DNA of 64,000 bases from NCBI GenBank assembly GCA_973895155.1, contig OZ316891.1, positions 29,742,331-29,806,330 of the forward strand, given 5' to 3'. The DNA comes from Marsupella aquatica. Lineage: Eukaryota; Plantae; Marchantiophyta. Shown in pieces: positions 1-13,810 of this stretch; the first letter of the stretch is position 1; every line of letters starts with the position of its first letter. The position numbers and the translations under genes were made by a program. The notes under the pieces are model-generated. The model did no database searches and was not told the origin of the DNA. It saw only the letters and a program-made list of their open reading frames with translations.

Positions 1-3000
1 AAAATTTCCTCACAACATTCAGGTACAATTCTTTCTACAAATTTTCTGCATGAAGTTCAGGGAATCTGTGGATACAGCCTTGCGTTCACTTATTAGCAGC
101 TCTTGCCTCATCAATTGGAAGAATGTGCTACCGTGTGTTCAAAATGTACAAGGAATGAGATCTTAAACAGTGATATAGGTACTAACTAGTTACGTCTATT
201 ATATGTAACGGCTTCGCTGATTTCGAGCATTTTATTGTTCCTGTAGAGTGTGACGGATGCCATCATCCAAAACGTAGGCTCGCATCCACTATGTTTGGCT
301 AATGTGGGCATTAGCATCAACAGCAGCAGAGCAACTGATGGGAGCCGTTGGAAAGCGATAAATGATGATATTCATGCTCTCCTTCACGAGGTCGACGAGG
401 TCCAGGGCAGTCCAGCTATAGTGTATGAGCAATCTTACCATTCCAAAATCGGGGCCTCGATGATGCTCATGGTGGAGTGTTTACATCCAAATGCACGTGG
501 ACTCCTCTTCTTGATTGCATTATTGGGGGGCGAACATTTGCCAGAAACTCTGGTGAGGTATTTTTACAAATGGATGCACCCGGCCGAGCCATCCACAGAT
601 GTCCACCTGAAATACGAGAACCAGGAAAAGTACTTGGCAGACAGGTCATTGGTTGACATGCACGTTCAAGGAAATGAGTCAACGCTGGAAAAAAGAACCT
701 TGACTGGTCATGGCTTAAGGATGCGCTACATTCGGGAGAAAAATGCTCCCGATGTCCAGTCTATCGCTGCCCAAATAGTACAAAGCGGTAATCAAGGTGG
801 GACTGAACTGAGTATTCAGAAAGGGGATGCAGAGGCAACGCTTGTTACGATCTTGAGTGCAATGTACTTCCCAAAACCGTTAACGGTTGTGGTAGCAAAT
901 ACTCTCGAAAAGCATCTTCGAATACTCGCTGATGGCACCATTCCTCGAAACCTAAGTCGGGGCATCGATCCCCATAAGCTTTTGAGCTTCGCAAGGTCTA
1001 AAATGAATGATCTAGTTTGGCTTATAAACGTCGATCACAGAGATCCTGATTGGAAGCACCAAGCGCACGGGTATGCCAAAAAGGTAAAAGTAGTTAGTAA
1101 TTCACATTTTGCAATAACAATTCCCTTCAAGTAAGTCTACGTAGTTGAAAAAATCACCATTCATGGAAGCTATTTACGATCAAGAAGTGAATAAAATTGA
1201 AATCCACATTGACTTGATGCTTAACATCCTCTTCTTTCAAGTGGCTTCTTCGAGCTTACTCTGGTTACTAACAACATCATCTACATGCTCGTTTTCTTGT
1301 GGTCCGTAGATAATTATCAAGCTAGCCTGTCAAGGGACATTGGATGACTACAGTATGGCAGGCTTGCTTCAACTCCCTCAAACAACCACAGTTGCATGTG
1401 CCGTACTCGATGGGTACTTTGGGCCCTATGGTTCTCATGATTCAGACCGAACAGTCTCAAGCACAAATGGCGAGACAATGAATACTCTGCTCGCTCTCTT
1501 GCATGACGATGGTGTATCAACCACGAGACGAGTTGCCGTAATTCGTGCTCTTGGCGTTATTCTTGACTATGAGAGCAAAGATACCATCCTCAGCGTGGCC
1601 GCCAAGTATATGGAAGTACTGGCGATAGATTTCAGTGACTCTGTTCTCCAGATTGCTGTAGCGCAGTACTGGTGCCGATACTATTTCTGCGCTAGAAGAG
1701 GAGCAATTCTGATGGGCGAATTTACAAGAATTTTGGATTGCCTCATGGGCTTACTAGTCTCCGGGAAAGCCTACAAGGTCCGACTTTCTGCAGCAAAGGC
1801 CCTCCTCTGGTTCTGTCAATGGAAGTGTACGTCCCTCAAAGTAGCAGCCATACCACACGCCCTCGAAATACTATTCAATTTGTTCCTCTCAATAAAGACC
1901 CTCGGAAACCTTCCATTCACTTGGGGATTTCGTACGGAAGATCCACCATATTTGGCAGGATACATGTTGGGTTACCTGACCTCCGTGGAGGAGAACAGGA
2001 ACGAATTTTGTGCCGTCAAGAGCGGTTTAGATGGCCTTGGAAATATACTCGCTCGACTCAAGGGGACTTGGCAGGCCACTGATAACGAGAGACATCGTAG
2101 AGAACTAGAGGAACAAGCTTCTATAGCTGCTGGGATACTGGATCATCTAGCGTTAGACAAGGACCTTCGAGATTCCATTGCTTCCCTGCCTGGGCTTGAG
2201 GAAGGTTTGCTCTTCTTGCAGCTTATCGAGATTCGTAGAATCCCAGATCGCGTGTCTAATCAGAGCACATATCTTGTGCCCTTCAACTCTACGAGGGCAC
2301 TCACAAAGCTCTGCTTCACTTCCACTAGTCCAAGATTCAGAGAGGTGCCACCTCTGAAACAAGTACAAGGAGTGTCTTCTTGTGACAAATTTTCTCCGGA
2401 GATGGAATTGACGGCATACTGCAATATGTATTGGACTCGTGCTCTTACGCACACTGAAATGGGGGCGTACACGGAAGCTCTTGAAAACTTGAATCTCGCT
2501 CAACATCATTTTGATCAGATCCCTACTCCGGAGGATGGTCGGCTGCTTATATATATGACCACCTCCATGAGATGTGGAGGTCTCGCTGCAACCATTCTCA
2601 GGTATGAAACCAGTTTGCCTGTTTATACACCGTACTTCAGTTTTTAATCAATACCATTTGGCAAGTGTCCCGAATTTATGATCTCGCAGATTACCTGTGA
2701 GCAGCAGTTTTGATGTCTCTATTAATTCCCTTTCATGATTTTTCACTTTCTAATTTCACGCGAGGGTATTTTTGGAGAACAATGCACAATCAAGAAATTG
2801 GATTCTGTATATTTTTCATGAACTAATAGAACTAAAAAATCTCTTAGTAGTCAAGTGTATAAAGGTCATGTTAACAGAGCATTGTGGAAAATAATAGCCT
2901 CAGTCCCAAAATTGTAGCTGAAATTTAAACTCTAGTTTTCAGGGGCATTATAGCACACAATGCTCTCTAAACAGATCCTGTAATATATTTCATGTATTTA

Positions 3001-3706
3001 GTGATTTTTCTCTTTTGTCCTGATATTTAATTTTCTGTGCTTTACTAAGAAGATGCAGACTCCACATTCCAATACTTAGGGCATTTTGAAACTTGTCCTC
3101 TACCTTTCTTAAAAGAAAAAATGAAAAATCTGTCAGAAATTTTAAGTGTATGGGGCCCACACTGTTACAAGGGCATTGTAGGCAATTATGCCCCTCTAAA
3201 CTTGAGCTAAAGCCCTAGCATTTGCTAGTAGAGCACTTACTATTCAACTGACATACTAATTAGCCTGTCTTCACAGCTTTACTCGGAGATTTCTTCAAGC
3301 TATGTCGGGGGATCACGCAGGCACCTTATCGGGTTCAAATAGAGTTGAGAGCACCTTCAGGCAGAGGTGGAAACGAGCCTACAGGGTAGGATTTGCTTTA
3401 ACAGAAAAGGGAATCTTAAAGAGGGTTTGCGAAGATTTAAAAGGGGCCAATGATGACTTGAATGGAGCTTGTCAAGTAAGTCAGGAATCTGGGGCTTGTA
3501 GTGAGCTCCGTTTGTTTAATATTCTCAAGCAGCGAGGCTATGTCAAATATTTGATGAAGGACAAAGTTGGAGGCAAGGCAGATGCAGAATCTTCCCCACA
3601 ACTGCAGCTCAAACATACCTTTCCTGATGTTGAAGCAACTGAAGATTGTAAGCTGTTTTGGGACCCAAGGAACCTACCAATTAATTATCTGGGTTACTTC
3701 TCCTGA
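1..3706 (+). CDS. STAND/NB-ARC-like protein with C-terminal ARM and TPR-like repeats (5' end outside window); exons approx <1-145, 247-1083, 1310-2601, 3277-3706
   Basis: GT-AG introns keep ORFs 250-1134, 1340-2647 and 3302-3706 in frame. 'VGSHPLCLANVG' resembles the GLPL motif and 'LADRSLVD...LTGHGL' the winged-helix/MHD region. Helical ARM-like repeats follow (VRLSAAKALLWF, AAGILDHLA), then TPR-like segments (YWTRALTHTEMGAYTEALENLNLA; KGILKRVCEDLKGANDDLNGA). Confidence 0.6.
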
Positions 3707-4589
3707 TCCCAGACAGTCTCTTCTAGGTCTACTTCAATCATATTGGCATCCATGGTTGATGCTAATGCTGTCCTCAGGTCATAATTGTACAACCTCAGAA
3801 GTTTGTATGGTGTGCAAAGTTACACCCAGACAATTTATGGGTAAAAACAGTGGAGCTCCATAGTTTCAATGGCAGGTAGAGACTATACTAGGGCATCTCA
3901 AATATATACAGTCAATACCCGGGAATGTTGCAGGCCGAGGCAACGGGTAGGACTGGTCTGGGACCAAATGTGAGGCCCAACCAGTCACGCCCAAGAATTG
4001 TAAGAGGTCGCAGTGTTTGCAGGATTGAAACCAAATTGCAAACATATGAGTGCCGCGACCCCACTCATATATGACAACCCGAGAAGATGATGGCCCGGTT
4101 ATACACTGTTGAGGTGCGCACGAGTGCATCACGGGTTGTACGCGAGGTTCAATTTTTTAATATATTTGAGACGCCCTACTAGTAGAAAATATTTTGGTGA
4201 TCTGTTGCTTGGTCCACAACATTTTTTATTTTTTATTTTTTATTTTATTTTTTTTTGGGGGGGGGGGTTGGATGGAAGTGGAGCCTATGTGCAAGCCTTA
4301 ATTGTTTGAGATGTTACATTATCATGGTCAAATTGGGGTTCTATAGCAACCCACATAGCCACTTGCTGGAAAGAGGGAATAGAAAAGATGTAGTCAATGA
4401 GCCCCCTTGATAGTAATAGAGTGTACAACATTGATCAGTTAGTGTCCCAACTTTTTTCAAAGATTAATTTAGCAAGAGGCAATGTGCCAACCCTTGCTGG
4501 TCAGGGTTCCCAGATGAAAATAGTGATTATCATCCACTTACCAGTCTGCTCAAGGAGTGTATTTTCAAAATCATTTTTGGGCTAGGAGA

Positions 4590-5235
4590 AGTGGTGGATC
4601 TAGCCGCCCACCGCCCTCACCAATCCCACTACTCTTGTCCAAGTTGTAAAAAATTGTCGATTCCAGACTAGACAACAATTGTGGAATATGAGAACACTCA
4701 ATCTCACACTACACCAACAAGACACAATTGAAAAACTCTTAAAGAATGAAGACATGTGTGAGCTTAAATAAGTGAATCTTATCCTAAATTAACCAAGGGT
4801 CAACTGACCCTAGTAAGGCCAAATTAACTATAGTCGGGAACTCAAGTCAACTCCTAACATAGTACCCTTGGTGTCCGAATGCCTACACGGAACTCCAAAC
4901 GTCCATTGCGCACGAAATAAACTTCTTTGGCCTTGGGCTCAAGAGGAGCTCTCACTCAAGCCCTCATAACTCAATGTCCGTATGGGGGTCGGGATGGTCC
5001 ACCCTGAGCTCGACCCTTCCCAGAACCCGACCAACTCCCAATGCTAGTCTAAGTCCTTATTGTGCGTTACTAGCTTAGCACATTGTCATTGCTAGTGCAA
5101 CACTTCATTGCTCACTAGTTTCCCAATACTTATTTCCACTGGATGACCGTTCCGGGGGCCTAGACCATAGAGGAGCTTGGTGTTGGAGTCAATGACGTTG
5201 AAGCTAAGTGACAGGGTAGTGAGTTCAGCGACTGG
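4590..5235 (+). mobile_element. Dispersed repeat; related copy (internally deleted/rearranged) of the element at 61090-62555
   Basis: Collinear shared blocks with 61.1-62.55 kb: GCCCTCACCAATCCCA, GCCT(A/C)CACGGAACTCC, CAAGAGGAGCTCTCACTCAAGCCCTCA and GACCATAGAGGAGCTTGG..TTGGAGTCAA. Confidence 0.75.
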
Positions 5236-8200
5236 AGGGTATGACAATTTGGGTCTGCTAGAAGAATTTTGGAGATGCTGGTTGTGGACCCATGCTAATA
5301 CTATGATAGACAATAACAAGCAACCAAGCAAGGAACTATATTTGCTTAGTTGTAAACCCCCTTTTCCACTCACCGGATATGCATCATGATATCTGCTTAT
5401 AGGTGTTATTGATTAGTATGAACATTGAATGTACATGCAAGATTTTTCACCATCTATTTTCAGGACATAGGCTTCCGCCCTTTGGTTGTTCTCATTCAAT
5501 CTCATACTGTGGGGTGTATTTATCTGAGGCCCTCGACTCCCGTCACTGATTCAAGTATCATTAATTCAGTTGTCTGTCACTGATTCAAGTATCATTGATT
5601 CAGTTGTATTTACTTCAAGCCGGCCATCCACCTCTTACCTCTTATGTTGTTCCATCTAACCCCCAAATGGTATTCCATCAGCAATCTCCTAGGAGTATCA
5701 CTCGCAAGCCAACTTGTTTCTCATACCCTGCATCAATTGCAAAGAACATTTGTAAGAAATACAAAATGCCCAAAGTTATGTACTTCTTGCATATGTTCTC
5801 TACTATTGCTTCCGTCAAAATAAGTCTGAAGTAAATCTGTCGATTCGTCATCTCAATGCACATTACCAGGACTCCCCCAAAGCACTAGCATTGCCACTGA
5901 GTAACTTCTTTGAAGTAGGCTGGGGCGCTGCTTGCTATTAGAGAGGAATTATAGAGAAATGATGTTGAGATAGATAGGTAGGGAGTAGACTGAGACAAGA
6001 GATAGGATGTGAGACGAGAGCATCTAGACGAGATTGTTACAGACCCCATGAGAGGTTCCTTCCAAAATTCCTGGTACCAAAACATGTCACGTCAACAACA
6101 ACCACAACAAACAGGACTTGTTAGTTTTGTGAATCAAATTTACAGTTTTCATTTGTGTTTGCGCCAATTTGGGTGTAAATTTTGGGACGCCATGCTGTAA
6201 AAAGAAATGTAAAAATTTAGAAATGCAAAGAGCAAGACAGGTAAAACAGTCACTATGTAACCATTTTAGTTACGTTTCCAATTTTAAAAATTAAATTCAA
6301 AGATTTGAAAAGTATGAATAAACAATGACTAATAATTAACTTGATAATTTCCTTGTCAAAGAGTAACTAGCACATGAAGTAAGATTTCCAGCCTTTTGCA
6401 ATTTAGGCAAACTACCAGCTATGGTCGGAACTTGAATTCATCTAATTGATACAATTCATTTGATTAGACATTGATCTGGTTTGATCTGGTTTCAAATGGA
6501 CTTGCCACGAATTGGATGACTCTTTTAGCTTGAGAATTTGGTTGCATGTAGCAAAAAGGCCGGATTTTGACAACTGCTTGTGATTATCACGCTGTCTATT
6601 TTGGCCTGCAAAGCAAAATAGTCATGTGGCAGCTGAAAGAATGTCAAATTGCTCGGGCCATGGCTGAATGGGTCCACATTGATTTTGTGAGAAAATCTAA
6701 TCTAAACAATGAAATCTGTAAAATCTATCATATTTGTCCAACACAACATGACTATCAATTTCCCTTCCTAATCAAGTTAAAAGAATGTTTGAGTTGCCTA
6801 AGAAATGTATCCAGGGGGTCCACCAACTAATTGTGACCTGTGATGAACTCGGTAACAAGTGATCCACAAGGAATCAGTTTCAAAGTCTTGTAAGGAGCTT
6901 CTCCACCCAAGCACCCCTGTCCATGCCAAGCGACATCTCCAATTGCTTCAAACTCTTTCAGGCTGCCCACTATTGCAAGACAGCTTCTGGCCAAGGTTTC
7001 CTGATCTGGAATGTGAACCTTGCAGTGGGATATGCTCTCTAAGCAGGTGGCTCCCTCCGGCCACAATTATGAAGCATGTAGACATAGTTGAGTATGCGGG
7101 GTGGCCAACGACAGTAGCCCGCCAGAACAATACGATCAAAGCCAAAGAATTCTTGACTTACTCATGGCTAGACTTTCAGTTGACTGTCCTATCGTTTGAA
7201 TCTCCTAAATGTCAGATCTTCTCAATTTCACCAATGCAAAGAAGGTACCCACCAATGCAAAGAAGGTACCCTCTCGACGAGACGTGCATGTGTCCAATCG
7301 ATGCAATACTATTTCTTAGTGAACTTTTCAATAGAACTTTTCCCTGACAACTTCGATTCAAACCTACTGGAGGACTTTCTCAATGGCACCAATACTCTTT
7401 CTCAACTTTGGCTCATAAATCTTCCGCTCCGTGCGCCCTGAGAAATCCCCGTCCATACATACTAGAGAAGACCATTGGGGCAACCGGAACGTGCTGTACT
7501 GTGAAGAAGACACGAAAGCTGTATAGTCTTGATGAAAATCGACAGGACTTATGCTTGCACGTACTACTGCAGTTTTTCCAGAAAGGCCAGAGCTCTCAAA
7601 TACATGTTACGAATTCTACGCAGAATTCGAGAAATTCACTCGGCAGAGCAAAAAAATTTCCAAGTTTTCGTTGCTTCAGCTGATCGGTCCCACACTACAC
7701 ACTTCCAGTTCATGCGTTTAATTGAAACTATGTGCCCAGTTATAGCACAACATCAAGCCCCACTGACTGTTCTAACTTCAAGCCTGGGGGTTGTAAGCAC
7801 AGGATGTCTCTGACGAACTAGAGTAAATGTCCAGGATTCGTGACGGGCTTGGATTAACGTACATATTATGGTTGTCAATTTCCCGTTCACGCCTGAGTAT
7901 AAACCACCTGAAAGCTGGTATGAACACTTAGCTAGCCACAAGGCAACATGATGAAAGCTTATGGTCTATGCCATGAGTGCGTTTAACTACTCGCGTCAAG
8001 TCATACAAGTAACAAATTATACAATAGAGGGTTAATCGTCAGATTGCAACGAATTCCATAAAATTGCTTACAACCTCAACGAAGTTTCTAATTTAGCAGA
8101 CAGCTCCAGCCAGCAGCTCCACCACCAGCCAATGGCTAATTACACACTCAAGCAACTATCCCGCCATTGTTTCGTGTTCATGGGTCCAAGAACCAACAGC

Positions 8201-8372
8201 TCAAGGGTTCCATGCAGCCTTGATTGCTTCCATTCATGATTGGAACATAAACAACCCACAATGTCTCCTGAAAAATGCTACTCTTCTTTCAATTTCATTA
8301 TCTTTAACACCAAATCTGAGGCGACGGATACAAAGATTCACTACGCCTCCCAATAATCTCAACGAAAACATC

Positions 8373-9674
8373 TTAAGTTCTCCTGTTGCCTCCGAAGGCT
8401 CCACCCTGGAACCCACCAGGTTGGAAAAATCCACCTCCAGCTGTTGGGGGTGCCTGCGACACAAAACCTGCAACTTAGGACAGCTCCCACGCGTACAAAC
8501 TACAAAGACCAACATGACACAGGAATTTCATTTCGTAGCAGAATGGATGCACAAAAATAAGCAGTAGTCAAATGTACCTGTTGCACAACACCGGGGAGTT
8601 GTGCCATGTTAAGAGATTGCAGAAGCTCGATTGTCTCCCTGTCGACCTGTTCACAAGCAAAGTTAAAACAAATCCCATGTCAACAACACATCTACAACTG
8701 AAGGATTAAACAGGTAGACTAAAACTATCAGTGATACATTACAGAAGTCTAATCTGCGACTCAAGTCCAGGATCTCGTTGACTAACACGAATTGGAGTTC
8801 AATTCAGACCTACAGGTATAACATTCCAGCGAGAAGTGGGGCATGGCCTTCATACGAATTCTCCATTGATGCATAATTTGACGTTGTTAGATCAAAATAT
8901 TGGCGACCAAATATCATCCAGTTGCACCACAAGCAGGGAGTCAACGGCTTGATCAGCAAACTCGTACCTCAATGACGTCGGTCTTGATGGCAGACTCCTC
9001 GGGCACGAAGTCCATGCGTCGTTCCCGCTCCTCCTCCTGCAGCTTCAAAGAGATGCCGCGCACTGGACCCCTCTGGATGCGCTTCATCAAATGCTGATGA
9101 CAACCGGACTCACGAAGTGTTACTAAAGCAGAAGACAAAAAACTATACGCTCCACAACAGCAACGCTAAAATCGACCCTCAGAAATACACAACGAGAACG
9201 TGGAATAAAACGAACCCAAGATAATCAATCTGGACTCCGAAAAGGAAACTGACTCGGAAGGAGAAGCTAGGTTGCCACAATCTGATTGAACAGCAAAAAC
9301 AAGTATACCAAAACCCTGAGGAAAATAAACCATGCGCATTGGAGCTTACGGTGGCAAAACCGGCGATCTTATTCCGCAGACGTTTCGATGGGATGATGGC
9401 CACCTCTTCCGCGATCTTCTTGTTCGTCTGGAAGTCCAGGGTCATCCGCGAGTAGTACCTCTCAATAATTACTCGCGACGCCTTCTTCACGGTCTTGGTT
9501 CTAACACGACCCTGCACAAACGAAGCACCGCCCAACGGAAACGATCACCTCCATTCCTCACAAAATCATTCTAGGGTTGCGCCAAAAATCAGCTCTCCGG
9601 GATCAGCAAAAGCCACGGAAACCATCGAAAGGGATCTCAATGCAAAGCGAAAATTGACGAGCGCATCTTACCAT
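8373..9674 (-). CDS. RPS17: 40S ribosomal protein S17 (eS17); exons 9674-9672, 9511-9350, 9093-8968, 8646-8578, 8453-8373
   Basis: Spliced translation [33 protein letters not shown]...[44 protein letters not shown]...-VDRETIELL...GNRRT*. All introns are GT-AG and phase 0. Confidence 0.97.
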
Positions 9675-9830
9675 GGTGAAGTGATTGCAAGATCAGCAAA
9701 GAAACTCCACAATTCCAGAGCAAGGGCGAGGGTTCCGTCTGTGAGCCTGTCTGCAGAGAATGTGTCCGCAGCGTGTTTCCGCAGAGTGGAGGAGTGTGAA
9801 AGGAATTTCTTTGACACGGACTCAGGCATC

Positions 9831-9839
9831 TTAGGGTTT
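9831..9839. promoter_or_regulatory. Telo-box (AAACCCTAA) upstream of RPS17
   Basis: TTAGGGTTT on the + strand just upstream of the transcribed region. Telo-boxes are typical of plant ribosomal-protein promoters. Confidence 0.55.
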
Positions 9840-10884
9840 CAGAAAGACCCTCAACTTCGACTTGGGAGTGGACAGGCTACCTTTCGTCGCCCTCAAGAGC
9901 GTGAGGGTGAGGGTGAGGAGCTGATGGGAGGGTTCCATGGGCAACGCAGAATCCGGTTTCCCCTGACTTCTGCAGCTTCACAACGGAGGCCACCACCAGT
10001 GTGGCAAAACTCACCTAGACTAGCCTGAGTACCCCTTTCTTGAATGTGAATAGATAGAGTGGTGAGGGATTCAAATCTGTTGTGCCATCAACCTTCAATC
10101 CCTATTTTCCACTTGCACCCTCAATTTTAGTTATGTCACTCTAGAGAATTCACAAGAATGTAAAGCCTGAAAAGTAGCTTTCCATAGTGAGTATATAATT
10201 AGATTCCACATCTTGGAAGAGTTTTGCCACTTTGGCAAGGATTGCTAGGTTTTTTTGTCTTGTTTTTTTAATCTTTAACTAGCCTAAATGTATATTCTTT
10301 GAATGTAAATAGAAATCATGACAAAAAAACATAGTCATACCCATGAGTCTTTCCATTCACATGGTGGGCCATAGGGTTAAGGTCTAGAGGCTTGACTCTA
10401 GAAGCCTAGACCCCAACTCTAGCTTGCGGGTTTGCATTTTACAAGTAAGATTAACCAGTTTCTGACATAGCAATAAACCCCAATAGTCACCCCATTAGCC
10501 AGAATATGACAGTGGCCCTTAATATTGAGAGATTTGACTATGGAGAAAAACTCATAATCCCTGAGGCCAGTGAGAAAATGTCACAGTGTGTGAAGGAGAA
10601 GATGCTAGGGATATTTTTTAACTTGATGTTCCTAGATTCAAATGACTGTCACATGGCCCTAGATTTAGAGATAGCCATCAGATTCTAGTTAACGGTGTCA
10701 GTGGCTATGTAGGAAACTACAGTAGCTAATGGACCACGTAGGAAAAACTGCTTGTTAACACCCCTCCTCCCCGGGGCTTGGGTTACCCTACACTTGGTTG
10801 CTGCAGTCTCTCTTGGGTTACCCTGCACTTGCTTTCAATGTAGTCTCTTTGCTCGTGCTCAGCTTCGAGAGAAAAGGAGCTTCT

Positions 10885-12730
10885 ATTGTAGTTTTTCCTA
10901 CTGACACTCTTCTTACTAATAAAGAGAGAAATGAGCTTGTACTGTAGTTTTCCTACTGACACTCTTCTTACTAATAAAGCATGGCTTAAAGTTACTAGTC
11001 AAGAGTGAAACCTCTACACTCTGACTCTAAATAGGACAAAATTCAAAACACTCTTCTTACTAATAAAGCATGACTTCAAGTTACTATGGTTTTGAGTGAA
11101 ACCTCTACACTGTGACTCTAAATAGGACAAAACTGAAAATGATGGTGGACAAAAACAATGTGGGACAAAGATGAACAGGAAACAGTACATAATTTATTTA
11201 TTTTGCACATGTTTTTGGTCTTTGTCTCTATTTATGTTCTAGGAAGGGTGATGAGGCTAGTGGTCTAGAAAATCTAGTCATGAAAGAAAAGGAACAAAGC
11301 TCTAATTATGTTCAACGAAGGGTGATGAGGCTAGTGGTCTAGAGAATCTAGTCAAGAAAGAAAAGGAAAGAAGGGTACTGCAAGAAGCAAATGACCCTTG
11401 TCATAGAGAAAAGAGGAGCAAGCTTAGCTGAGAAGCAGCAGACCAGACAAGAGCATAGAGCAGAAAGAAGAATGATCAATGGGGTATTCGTCAAGAGTGA
11501 AACCTCTAGACTGTGACTCTAAATAAGACAAAACTGAAAATGATGATGGACAAAAATAACTATGGGACAACAATGAACAGGAAATGGTATACAAATATTA
11601 TTTTTTGTACTTGTTTTTGGTCTTTGTCTCTGTTTATGTTCAAGGCAGGGTGATGAGGCTAAATAAGACAAAATTGAAAATGGTACCAACAAAAACAAGT
11701 ATGGGACAAAGATGAACATAGAATCACCTTTTTTGCATCTAGGAAATCTAGTCATGAAAGAAAAGGAACAAAGTGTACTGCAAGAAGCAAAATGACGCTT
11801 GTCATTGAGAAAAGAGGAGCAAAGCATAGCGGAGAAGAAACAGACCAGACGAGAGCTGAGAGAAGAATGATCAATGGCATTGCATCCGTCAAGAGTGAAA
11901 CCTCTAGACTGTGACTCTAAACAGAACAAAACTGAAAATGATGATGGACAAAAACAAGTATGGGACAAAGATGAACCCGAAACACAACAGAATCATTTTT
12001 TGTGCACTTGTTTTTGGTCTTTGTCTCTGCTTGCGTTCAAGGAAGGGTGATGAGGCTAGTGGTCTAGATAATCTAGTCATGAAAGTCAAGGAACAAAGCT
12101 CTATTTATGTTCAAGGAAGGGTGATGAGGCTAGTGGTCTAGAAAATCTAGTCATGAAAGAAAAGGAACAAAGCGTACTGCAAGAAGCAAATGACGCTCAT
12201 CATAGAGAAAAGAGGAGCAAGCTTAGCTGAGAAGCAGCAGACCAGACAAGAGCATAGAGCAGAAAGAAGAATGATCAAGTGCATCCGTCAAGAGTGAAAC
12301 CTCTAGACTATGACTCTAAATAAAACAAGAGTGAAACCTCTAGACTATGACTCTAAATAAAACAAAATTGAAAACTATGATAGACAAAAAGAACTATGTG
12401 AAACCTCTAGACTGTGACTCTAAACAAGACAAAACTGGAAATGAACTATGGGACAAAGATGAACAGAAAATAATATAGAATTATTATTTTTTGCACTTGT
12501 TTTTGGTCTTTGTCTCCCTATTTATGTTCTAGGAAGGGTGATGAGGCTAGTGGTCTAGAAAATCTAGTCATGAAAGAAAAGGAACAAAGCGTACTGCAAG
12601 AAGCAAAATGACGCTCGTCATCGAGAAAAGAGGAGCAAAGCGTAGCGCAGAAGCAGCAGAGAAGCAGCAGACCAGACCAGACGAGAGCAGAGAGCAGCGA
12701 GCAGAGAGAAGAACGATCAATCATCAATGG
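10885..12730. repeat. Degenerate tandem array of ~400-bp modular units
   Basis: Recurrent blocks GAGTGAAACCTCTA(G/C)ACT(G/A)TGACTCTAAA (>=7x), GGGTGATGAGGCTAGTGGTCTAG (5x), TGGGACAAAGATGAAC and GTACTGCAAGAAGCAAA. Confidence 0.9.
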
Positions 12731-13810
12731 CAGCCATCAAGCTTGTTCAATGGCGTTTCGTTCCTCGTTTTGCGGGCCACCCACTTCCGTGCACTCTTCC
12801 TCTATCTGCACTAAATTACAATACAAGGGACTGTTTCCAAAGCGAAGAAACGGACTGGATCGGAAGCTGCGGGGCGCTGGCTCGATCGTCAATGGCGTAG
12901 GGGAGGCGTGCTGCAGAATAGGGGAGTGAGCGAGCAAAGCAGTACAGTGAAATTGGAGCGGGAGGCGAATTGGACGGGCAGGCGGAAAGGGAGACTCAGA
13001 GTCTTTCACGCAGGAAACCGAGAAAATGCGAAGTGGGGAAAGATTTGCCCATCCCCATTTGTTCCGTGCTTTTGTGAGTTTCGTGAGATAGTGAGTGCGT
13101 GCTTCGGTGTTGTTCCGGAAATCTACTCGAGCCAGTCTCACGGGGCAGGTGGTGAACGCTATCGCTTGGGACGTGTGTTGACACTTTGTCTTAATGGGAA
13201 TGTGAACGTGAACGGGGAAGGAAGACCGCGAGCATATTGTCCGCAAGAGGACGACGAAGAAGAAAACAGAAATGGTGGTGCGAGAGGGGCAGGGAGAGGA
13301 GCGAAATGGGTGGGTGGGCAGGTGGTTGTGCGTAGTTTGGATTTGTAGCCAGAGAGACAGAGAGTGGGAAACAGCTGAGGTTCGAGGGGAAGATGTCATG
13401 TGCCACACTTCTTCTCCTTGGCAGGTTTGATCGGGTGTGGGACGGGTGGAGAGGAGTCCGCGGTGCTGTGCGGTGAATTGACGAGCAGCATTGCTCGGGA
13501 AGGCTCGCAGCCGCACGTTGGTAGCGATGAAGTTCTCGGTTTAAGGCTGAAAATTGTGAAAGTGGCCGAGGAGGTGACTCCAACGATCTGCTTCGCGGTG
13601 GTGGACGAAATGATTTGGAAACTTGAGATTAGAATGTGCGACTGGAGCAGGAATTTGGTGACCTAATCTGGTCTGGGCTCCGGGAGGAAGCTGCCTGGCC
13701 AGTGTATTCAGAGTGAAGGTAGCTGCCGCGAATGACAGGGTTTCGAAAGCGGGATATGGGGGCTCGAGTAGGATAGAACGAGTTGAGGAAAAAGATGCTC
13801 TGGAGCGGGA

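Noticed and set aside
6827-7813. Cluster of medium ORFs
   Set aside because: No family motif or consistent exon structure recognised.
8647-8967. snoRNA in RPS17 intron 3
   Set aside because: Only a non-canonical C box (GGATGA) and common CTGA words; no guide sequence recognised.
10885-12730. CRISPR-like repeat/spacer appearance
   Set aside because: The intervening sequences are themselves repeated, the context is eukaryotic, and there are no cas genes.
12737-13666. Overlapping ORFs upstream of the bHLH gene
   Set aside because: No recognisable domain; consistent with GC-rich promoter/5' UTR sequence.
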